DNA of 64,000 nt from Octopus sinensis (lineage: Eukaryota). The stretch spans positions 172,360,001 to 172,424,000 of the forward strand of contig NC_042998.1 in assembly GCF_006345805.1 (NCBI RefSeq), written 5' to 3'. The position numbers and the translations under genes were made by a program. Below the pieces are notes generated by a model. The model searched no databases. It was not told the DNA's origin and saw nothing but the letters and a program-made list of their open reading frames with translations. Of this stretch, positions 54,235-64,000 are shown in pieces (position 1 is the stretch's first letter; every line of letters starts with the position of its first letter).

Positions 54235-54500
54235 CACATGCGTCATACAATCTACCTTCCACTCTGAGCGAGAGACCCTTTGTCACCAGTAGGGGTAGGA
54301 GCTTTCTAAACTTTGCCCAGGCTATTCTTATTCTAGTGGTAACGCTCTCTGAGCATCCACCCCCACTACTAACTTGACCTTTTGATTCTAAACCTAGCTT
54401 CCACACCCGAAATTTCTTTTCTAGTTCCGGTAGTGATTCTGCTATGAGGGCCAGGTCATCAGCATAGAGGAGCTCCGAGGGGCAACCCGTCTTGAATTCC
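54235..54500 (-). mobile_element. RTE-clade LINE fragment, inverted relative to the neighbouring copy
   Basis: ELLYADDLALIAESLPELEKKF...RIRIAWAKFRKLLPLL. Confidence 0.85.
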
Positions 54501-54871
54501 ACAACAGAGTGTCAAAATGTTTTGTTGTATTTCTGCTACGTATGCATTCACATAATTTCATTGCATTTATTGAAATCTTATTACTGATCACAGTTTTATT
54601 CCTTTTTCTTTTTGTTTGTTTTCTTAATCCCATTTCTCTTGAAGCAGGCAAGTAGTTAAGTTATAATCAGTTTGAAATACAACATATATCTCTTTTATGT
54701 TTTATCAGATCTCATTAGGTGACTGTCCACTTTTTGAACTTTGGTCAGCAACTTATGATAATACTGATATTAATCACAATAATGATAATAAATATAACAG
54801 AGAATAAACTGAAAGGAACAAATGAAGGGAAGAAGTGAAGGGAAATGAAGGGGAATTGAATTTGAAAGCAA

Positions 54872-55128
54872 CAATAATAATAATGAAATTATTGTATACA
54901 GTGCTCAGGTGCACCACAACTTGTCAAAAAGTGCGCATAAAGTATATGCAGTAATGTACAAATATCTGGAAAGCAAACAGTGTATGAGTCAGATACATGC
55001 TTGCATGTGCATGGAGGGGAGAAAATCAGGTGTAGTGTTGGCGAATCTCAGGAAGCATGGAAGTTTTGAAGGATGCAGTGCTCCGACAACTAACAACTGA
55101 TACCGGCTGTCTGTTCCATGCTTCAGCC
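54872..55128 (-). mobile_element. 3' end of a CR1/L2-like LINE with (ATT)n tail; shorter copy at 38386-38435 (+)
   Basis: Shared tgacaagttgtggtgcacctgagcactgtatacaataatttcattatt terminus at both sites. Confidence 0.65.
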
Positions 55129-55949
55129 ACAAAATAGAGATCCACTAGTCCAACCCTCAAAAAGAGGAAGGCCACATACACATAAGAGAGTTACAAACTG
55201 AAAATGTAAAAGAAACATTCATATATTATATATGAAAGTAATATGCAGAAGACAAGGAACCACTTTCATACTTAAGGAGGAATGTAATTAAAAAAACAAA
55301 ACAAACGGAAAAGAAACTTCTGAGAGCAAATGAAATCTGACCAGAAGCTGACTTTTTCAAACAGATACAGTGGAACTGCCATAAAGTTGTTGAAGTGCAA
55401 CAACATTTTTTAAAATAGTAGGTGCAGGAGTGCCTGTATGGTAAGAAGCTTGCTTCCCAACCACATGGTTCTGGGTTCAGTCCCACTGCGTGGCGCCTTG
55501 GGCAAATGTCTTCTACTATAGCCTTGAGCCGACCAAAGCATTGTGAATAGATTTGGTAGATGGAATCTGAGAGAAGCCCGTCATATATATATATAAAATT
55601 TATTTATGTGTGTGTATCTGTGTTTGTCCCCTTACCATTGCTTGATAACTGATGTTGGTGTGTTTCCATCCCTGTAACTTAGAGGTTTGACAAAAGGGAT
55701 CAATAGAATAAGTACTAGGCTTACAAAGAATAAGTCTTGGGGTTGATTTGTTCGACTAAAGGCGGTGCTCCAGCATGATCGAAGTCAAATGACTGAAACA
55801 AGTAAAAGAATAACAGAAAATGGAAAACAAAATAACCATTTCTGTGAAGTCTATGATAGCCAAAAGGACTCCTCCAAAACGTGATTTTCTCTCTCTTTCT
55901 CCCTCTCGCTCTGTATATTATATATATATACACACAATATATATCTATT

Positions 55950-56168
55950 TCTTTATTAACCACAAGGGGCTAAACATAGAGGGGACAAACATAGGTATTA
56001 AGTCGATTACATCGACCCAGTGTGTAACTGGTACTTAATTTATCGACCCCGAAAGGATGAAAGGCAAAGTCGACCTCGGCGGAATTTGAACTCACAACGT
56101 TACGGCAGCCGAAATACTGCTAAGCATTTCGCCCGACGTGCTATCGATTCTGCCAGCTCGCTGCCTTA
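55950..56168 (-). mobile_element. Third SINE family (gtcgactttgcctttcatcctttcggggtcgataaa core), young CpG-intact copy; older copies near 5970, 12290, 24450, 30920, 31190, 31500, 34030, 60690
   Basis: Recurrent core with a B-box-like gagttcaaat. The core resembles the Nin/Deu SINE domain (from recall, unverified). Confidence 0.75.
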
Positions 56169-57147
56169 CACAATATATATCGTCTATGTATCATATGTGA
56201 AAAAGAAGCACGTTGTAAAGCCTGGAAGAGTCCTTACGATCCAATAGTCGTCCAAGGGATAAATCCTTTGTTCTCTCCAGCACACATATAGCTGATCTAG
56301 GGGAGATAACCTGTCCTTGCTATAACGCCAGACTATTCTTGATAACCAAATGACGAATGGCAGTAACAGATTTCTACCTACCAGAGGCGAAGAGTTAAAT
56401 TTGTTTTTGGACTAGAGTCTGATGAGTCGTTCGCGAAGCTACTGCCTTTGTGGATGAGAAACCATTGGTCACTCTATGACCAGACTTTAACTTTATTACT
56501 TTAATAGTATATCATCATCATCATTTAACGTCCACTTTCCATGCTAGCATGGGTTGGACGATTTGACTGAGGACTGGCGAACCAGATGGCTGCACCAGGC
56601 TCCAATCTTGATCTGGCAGAGTTTCTACAGCTGGATGCCCTTCCTAACGCCAACCACTCCGAGAGTGTAGTGGGTGCTTTTATATGCCACCGGTATATAT
56701 GTAATATATATCTATATATTTAGACATAGAAGCACACACGTACACACAGGCACACAAACACTCACGCCCACACAGGGATACATACACCCAATAATAAACT
56801 ACTTTTGTCCTCATGTCTATTTTCATAGAAAAGGTTGCACTATGAAACAGACACAACGTAAACTTCTTTGCAGGTTCTCAGTACTGGGAATGTTATGATA
56901 CCCTTTGACCTGTAGATAATCAGCTCATTAAAAGAAAATTCTAAAAACAATATCTTAGGAATTATTAAAGTGAAGTAACTTTTTCATTATTAAGCTAAAG
57001 TTTGGAACAAATTAGCATGACATTTTCATGGAAGGTTTTTATTGAAAACACTTTAAAAATGCAGGTTTGTATCATAAAACCAAAAGTGATCTCAGCTAAG
57101 TTGGTATCAGGAGGGTTAATCTCTTTTAAGCATGCTTATCATCTTAA

Positions 57148-57460
57148 TCCTTTGGCATTTAAACCAGCCACATCTGGTCCAAATATTCTACCTGTTTTGT
57201 GTTCAAACTGGCCAGATCCAACACTTTACAGCTACCCCACAATGTCATTCTAAAAATTAACAATCACGTCATTGAAATCTCAAAACTATGAGATAATACA
57301 TAATTAATTCAAAACAATGTCAATTGGCGTTAGGAAGGGCATCCAGCTGTAGAAACTCTGCCAGATCACTCAGTCAAATCGTCCAACCCATGCTAGCATG
57401 GAAGGTGGACGTTAAACGATGATGATGATGAAATAACTGATTAATCTGAATGCCAAAGGG
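57148..57460. mobile_element. piggyBac-type MITE family B with a nested SINE tail (57324-57430)
   Basis: TTAA flanks and homology to 7502-7700, interrupted by an (ATG)n-tailed SINE piece. Confidence 0.7.
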
Positions 57461-57600
57461 TTAAATAAAGAGTAATATATTGGACAATGTTGTCTTAAGA
57501 TAACCACAAGATGAATGATAAGAAATATCATTGATCATAAGTCTGCTCAGTCATTGACAATCTGGGGATAAATAATAATAAAAATCTTACTTTTTAGTGT

Positions 57601-57737
57601 TTAGCTTTTCTTTAACTTCTTCTTTATAAATGCACAATCTGGGTAAGTATTGAAATGTTCCATTATTGGATTATCATTTGCAGTCCAATTTTTCAATCCT
57701 CCATCACAATGAAAGCATATGGTACGGTCCTCAGGGC
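57601..57737 (-). CDS. IAP/BIR-domain protein, second coding exon (GPEDRTICFHCDGGLKNWTANDNPIMEHFNTYPDCAFIKKKLKKS*)
   Basis: cttcttccag acceptor in phase 1, matching the previous exon. Exact C-x2-C-x16-H-x6-C zinc ligands. TAA at 57603-57601 and a GTAAGA donor 10 nt later. Confidence 0.9.
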
Positions 57738-58689
57738 CTGGAAGAAGGTTACTTGAAATTATGAACCTGGTACAATTTTAGAAATTATATCTATTATCTT
57801 TATATGTTGATATTTATTTGTGTCATGAAACATTAACACCATTCCTTAATAAATATTTACCAATCTTCACTGGTCGATCCAGATACAACCCAGAAAATGC
57901 CATTGTAATGAGCTCATCAAGAATTGCTGTAACTTTAAACCAAAATAGCAGGTCCATTCTTTCTACTCTTAAGTTGTCATTTAACCTTACATAAAATGAC
58001 AGTCCAGTGTACAATATTAGCAAAGGATTTGGACAGGTCAAGGTATTAAAGCAGGTAAAGCTGATATAAAGAGACAAGAGCACAATGTCTCAAAAAATTG
58101 CATTTCAGGCTCTCAGTCACACCTTATTAGATCTTGGAGGTAATACTAGCATAATGGTTGGAATCAATGCTTTGCTCTGATAATTTCAAGTAAATTCTAC
58201 CAGTCATCCCATTTGTTAATAAGTTGAGAGCATGTCTCAGAGAAACCTATATTTAGAGATAAGAGTAAATACTTAATCTTTCTACTTATATGAACATTGA
58301 ACTTAATAGCTATATCCCAGTAGAACAGTTTGCACAATTTTTATTTCAGTTGGGAACAATAGTCAGTTGACATTGAGACTGAAGTTGTTAAGTAAAATAT
58401 ATATATATAAAAAAAGAGGAACAATAGATCTTCAGTATCTCTCAAGAAATGCTATTGAAATTCTTCTCACAGAATTGTAGAAACCATGAGTAGGAAGGCG
58501 TCATGGAAGGCTGATGATAAATGATGAGTAGCGTTATGACTGCTCCATTCTAACACATAAAAATAGCATTGTGTAGGATATGAACTCCACCATGATTTGA
58601 CAGGTACCAGCCTAATCAAGGTGGTACAAGAGAGTTCTCATTGTAATTGACATTAGCATTGCTGTCAACTATCCAACAGAATTTCTTAA

Positions 58690-58907
58690 CCCTTTCGTTA
58701 CTGTATTTATTTTGAGATGCTGTGTTTCTTTCAATTACTTTAAATATAACAAAGAATTTAGTAAAATAACTTAGTTATCATTCAACTAGTGTTAGGAACA
58801 TAAATTGTGACTAAGGTTTGGTGGAAGATTTTAAATCAACACTTATGAAAACAAGACATTTGTACTCAGAGCCAGGGCCGGTTTCAGCCGGGTTGGTAAT
58901 GAAAGGG
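58690..58907. mobile_element. piggyBac-type MITE family A, second copy
   Basis: TTAA at 58686 and 58908, CCCTTTC(G/A)TTAC terminal inverted repeats. Reverse complement of 8597-8817. Confidence 0.8.
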
Positions 58908-60935
58908 TTAATTCTCTTCAGCTGACTCCCATGTCACCTCTTAATCTGTAGCTGAAAGGAGAAGCACCTATAAAGCTGCTAAGAAATTAGCAAGTATCAA
59001 AACTGTAGCATTACAAGACAAACTAACAAAACTTTTATGTCCTGTGCAATCAATATCACCACACTAGCTAGTTGTGCCAAGGGAGATGCTTTCATTTCCT
59101 ATTAAATATGTAATATCAGTTTCTAGTGATACTGCCTTGTTCAATGAACATGATTTAGTCTCAAAGACAGTCCCATAGGGCTACTATAGTTGAACTAACA
59201 TATTCAAGATTCTGTGATAGTCAGATCTAAGTTGCAAGTTCATGTTAAACTAAGCAGGCATCTTTTCATCAATGCATCAAACAACAGAACAAGGAATATG
59301 TACTCCTGAATTCTTGCTAAATAAACGTATTTCTATTAGAATTGCTTCTGTTTTATGTGTTGCATATCAATTTAGAGATACAAGGCAATATATAAAATAA
59401 AACATAAAAATTATAGATAAACAGTCACAAAAGCTTCCATACATCATAGAAACCTGAAAAAATTCAACTTTTGATAAGTATAAGCATTACAATAAAAAGT
59501 ATGCAAATATAATTCTACGCAAAAGGTACAAACAAAAAAATGGTACTTCTGCTGGCAAATGGTATATGTGCATACATTCATGCATGGGTGCAGGGCAAGT
59601 GTTTATGTCAGATGTGTTCAATTAATTAACTGTAATATCACACAGTTTCTCCCTATCTGCATGTGCATATTTCAGTGTGCAGATGCATATTCTGTGTGTG
59701 TTTGTTTCCAGCACCAAAAAAAATACTGTCACCAACACAGGCTGAATGTCCAAGTTAACCATGCAAAATTGCCAGTGTCCAAATACCAGCACCCAATTTT
59801 TTCCTTCCATCATTTAGAAACATCATCCTACATTCCTTGGATGATTATGGCAATAACTACCATGTGTGCTCATCCCAAAGATATATTCAATATCTCAGCA
59901 TCTATTCCTTATGGCTACCCTACTTTACCTTCAAATCGTTATTGTTTCTTCAATCTCAATAATTGGCCTCTCTCTTTTGGAATCATCATCATCATCGTTT
60001 AATGTCTGCTTTCCATGCTAGCATGGGCTGGACGATTTGACTGAGTACTGGCGAACCAGATGGCTGCACCAGGCTCCAATCTTGATCTGGCAGAGTTTCT
60101 ATAGCTGGATGCCCTTCCTAACGCCAACCACTCCAAGAGTGTAGTGGGTGCTTTTACGTACCACCGGCACGGGGGCCAGTCAGGAGGTACTGGCAACGAC
60201 CTTGCTCGAATGTTTTATCACATGCCACCGGCACAAGTGCCAGTAAGGCAACGCTCGAATGGTGCCTTTTACGTGTCACTGGCACGGAAGCCAATGAGCC
60301 GCTCTGGCAACAATCACACTCGGATGGTACTGTTAGTGCCCTACTAGCATGGGGCACAAGTGCCATATTTTTATTTTCTCTGATCAGCAATTGCCTCTTT
60401 TAAGATGTTTGCTTGACAATTGTTTTGTAATATGAAATGCAAAATATGAGGATCAAGCAAAATTACTTTATGGTTTTCAGTTCTGCCTCTAGAGTTATGT
60501 TTCTTTATACCAAGGCCAGCTGTTTTTTTTGTCCATTTGTTAATCTGCTTGTTTTTTGTCTGTTCGTTAATCTGCTGTTATTTATGAAATTGATAAGTAC
60601 CCGAGAAAGTATGAGAGTTGATATAGTCAATTAAAATCCTTGAAGGTGGTCTGATCATAATGCTTTTTGATTTAGACACAAGGCTAACAACTTTTGGGAG
60701 AGGGTTAATTGATTACCTCATTACTTTATTTTAATAACCCTCAGTGGAATGAAAGCTGAACTCGACCCTACTGGATTTGAAATCTATAAATAAAAACCCA
60801 CAATAAAGTTATTAAGTACCCCAATGATTCTGCCAGCCTGCAACCATCTTATAATGGCATTTTTCTGATGCTCTAATGATTCTATTAGCTCACCACTCTA
60901 GATAGTTCCACCATAATGAAAGAAGAAAAGAATAC

Positions 60936-61107
60936 CTTGAAAGAAGAAACCAGCTTCAGCCAAATTCTTTTTATCAGGTTTGCCAGTTTGGGGCCAAGTA
61001 AGAAATGATTTTAGACGCTCTTCATATTTTGCATACTTGATATGTAAAGGAGGTGGTTTTGAAATACAAGATGAAAGGATTCCATCCATGTTGTCAGTAG
61101 ATTCCAT
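60936..61107 (-). CDS. IAP/BIR-domain protein, first visible coding exon (MESTDNMDGILSSCISKPPPLHIKYAKYEERLKSFLTWPQTGKPDKKNLAEAGFFFQ)
   Basis: BIR N-half motifs RLKSFxxWP and LAEAGFF. The acceptor puts the exon edge at 61167, and the G|GTATT donor is phase 1. The 60 nt upstream of the ATG are also open, so the start is uncertain. Confidence 0.88.
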
Positions 61108-61299
61108 GTTTGTCAATGCTTGCAACCAACGGCGACACACTTGGATATTATTATTATATATATGTAGCTAAAAAGAATAAAAGGAAAAATGTACAAATAG
61201 CTTTTTCATTCGTATATTTCATATAAAATACAGCACTTGAAATTCTGTAGCAATAATTTCAAAATGTCTCTTTATGAAATTAGATGTTTATATATATAC

Positions 61300-61330
<31 letters not shown>

Positions 61331-64000
61331 TTTTTGAAGTGATGTACAGATATTGTATATTTAGAATAATAAGGTAGTCAGAATGTTTGATATTACATAT
61401 ATTTTTTTTATTTACATTTTATATTCTTTTACTTGTTTCAGTCATGTGACTGCAGCCATGCTGGAACACTGTCTTTAGTCGCGCAAATCAACTTCAGGAC
61501 TTATTCTTTGTAAACCTAGTACTGATTCAATCAGTCTCTTTTGCCGAACCGCTAAGTTATGGGAACATAAATACACCAGCATCGGTTGTCAAGCGATCTT
61601 GGGGGGGACAAACACAGGCACACAAACACACATATAGACATATATATGATGGGCTTCTTTCGATTTCCGTCTACCAAATCCACTCACAAGTCTTTGGTCG
61701 GCCCGAGGCTATAGTAGAAGACACTTGCCCAAGGTGCCACACAGTGGGACTGAACCTGGAACCATATGGTTGGTAAGCAAGCTACTTACCATGTCGCCTT
61801 CTCAGATTCATACACTTATTGCAGCAGTCCTTCAGTTGTCCTAACCCTGTAAAAGAACTTGGAAGTTTGGGCCTTCAACTAGGCTCTTTGCAATACCCTT
61901 AAAGCCAGGAACTTTTCAGCACCCCTATATAGGATTACAAATACTGTTGCATAATGCTAGAAATAGAAGCCAAATTTCCCTCAAATCATACCCCACCTTC
62001 TTAAAAAAGGACATCATCATCATTTAATGTCTGCTTCCCATGCTGGCATGGGATGGATGGTTTGACTGAAGACTGGCAAGCCAGGCGGCTGCACCAGGCT
62101 CCAATCTGATCTGGCAAGGTTTCTACAGGATGTACATTATGATTATGTTGGAATTGAATGTGGAAAAAAAAATGGTGGGTGCACATTTACATAGTGATAC
62201 ACATATATCTACAAAATGAAACTTGATATTTTGAAAAATATTGTGAAGTGTGTTCATATGGATGTATGCGCATCCACCTATTTTTTTTTTGTTGTTTTTA
62301 ATTACATTCCTATATATTCATAAACTACACCATCTGAAAGTTATTTGAATAAAACTTAATAGAAAAACATCCGTTTTTCTGAAAGTCATGAAGGTATAGG
62401 TGCAGGCAAGTGGCTGTGTGACAAGTAGCATGCTTCCCAGCCACATGGTTCTGGGTTCAGTTCCGCTGTGTGGCACCTTGGGCAAATGTCTTCTACTATA
62501 GTTGAGAGCCAACCAAAGTGAGTGGATTTGGTAGACAGAAACTGAAAGAAGCCTGGTTGTATATATGTGTGTGTCTTTGTGTCTATGTTTGTTTCCCCAT
62601 CACCGTTTGACAACCAGTGTTGGTACGTTTATGCCTCCATTACTTAGTGGTTCGGCAAAAGAGACTGACAGAATAAGTAGTACTAGGCTTAAGAAATAAG
62701 TCCTGGGGTCGATTTGTTCGACTAAAAACCCTTCAAGGCAGTGCTCCAGCATGGCTGCAGTCCAAATGACCAAATTGAGTAAAAGAATAAAAGTTGTTGG
62801 CTGTGTGTGTGTGGACTTCTGAAGGTATGCCTGAAAGTGTAACTCTGTAAAATTTCATTAACAAAAACATGCCTTTTAAAGAAAATGAGTAAGCTTAAGT
62901 AGGGTAGGACACAAAATTTTTTTTCCCACAAGAGTTCCGGACCCCAGTTATGAACTCATTTGCATACAGCCAATTAGAGCTCTATCAAACTAATTTATGA
63001 GCGCATAACAAGTGATGGGTGATAAGATAAGGTCACTTGTATTGTCCCCCTTTGTAAGCCCTTTATGGGTAATTAAGAATAAAAGATAAGGACATTTGGG
63101 TAAGGAATGACCATGCTTCTTTTCTCTATTAATAATGCTTGTTGTTCTTGTTCTTCTTTCAACCATGGCTGCTTCTCCTTAGTTATTTGTGTTGTTTACT
63201 TTGTAAAGCAGTAAGGGGAGAAGGTGGCTAGCACATCACCCTCTACCAACATTTTTCCCATCCACATCTTTACCACATGGGGCTCTAACAAAATCCAATA
63301 ATAGGTATAGATGTAATTCTATCTAATTACTTGTCTCCTTCTACAATCAGGCATAACTTGGCAATCGGTTGACTTACAACACCGTTCTTCATCTTGAGTT
63401 TACATGGTAGAGTGTTTTACCAAGAGAGTGGTTGTTTTTAGCACATTCATGAATGTTATGTTGGGCTTTGCATCTAGGCATAATCTAAGAGCTGAATGGC
63501 ACCTTTCTTTTCACACTTTTCAAATAGTCCTTCAATGGTCTGCCAGCACCAATGCAGTTTCTGCCACCACCAACCATCTTTCTCCTGAATGCTGCAGTTG
63601 GTTGCACACCAACTGTCTTCATACTGACCAGAGATTTTCGTTTGTGGGAAGAAAACTTTTATTCTAGAGATATTTGTTTTTTCTTGCCAAGAGCATTTGC
63701 CACACCAGAGTACCAACCAAAGCAGTGAAGCATGAAAGCTAACACAGTATCTGCTCCAGAAGTTGCTTGGTGAATGTTTCACTGATTCCTCAACGAATTC
63801 TTTGTCTTGAACATAACATTGTTGTAAAGCAAGAAAAGCTATGTTTAGCCCATTGATTATTGGGTCACTTCCATCCTCAGCACTTGATTTTGATGTGCAA
63901 CTGCGTGTACCAAAATTTTATCGTGTTTCAAATTGGTTTTGAAGAGAGCAGTGTAAAATTTCTAGCCATGGATTTGTCACATCATCGTGTTTGCTATCCA

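Noticed and set aside
63300-64000. ORFs at the window end as upstream BIR-gene exons
   Set aside because: No recognisable domain or splice pattern; probably a degraded element.

Overview
AT-rich, repeat-dense eukaryotic genomic DNA, most likely a cephalopod (Octopus-like; inferred from SINE/LINE content, not proven). Two convergent intron-containing genes are visible. On + is the 3' part of a myosin phosphatase targeting subunit gene (MYPT1/PPP1R12-like), with three coiled-coil exons (8156-8314, 8972-9118, 11965-12015). It has TWO paralogous 28-codon leucine-zipper last exons (23135-23221 and 36526-36612), followed by a long putative 3' UTR. On - is a small single-BIR IAP-like gene (coding exons 61107-60936 and 57737-57601). 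The most striking unexplained signal is a 24-nt hairpin present three times in the putative MYPT 3' UTR (43691, 44119, 44998). It has compensatory stem changes, an invariant self-complementary loop (GACAUGUUGG), an upstream CACCUG and a downstream UGYAYA. The rest is a young 5'-truncated CR1-like LINE, degraded mariner, RTE and REL-LINE fragments, piggyBac-type MITEs, three SINE families, fold-back repeats and microsatellites. Nearly all short ORFs in the supplied track are spurious.
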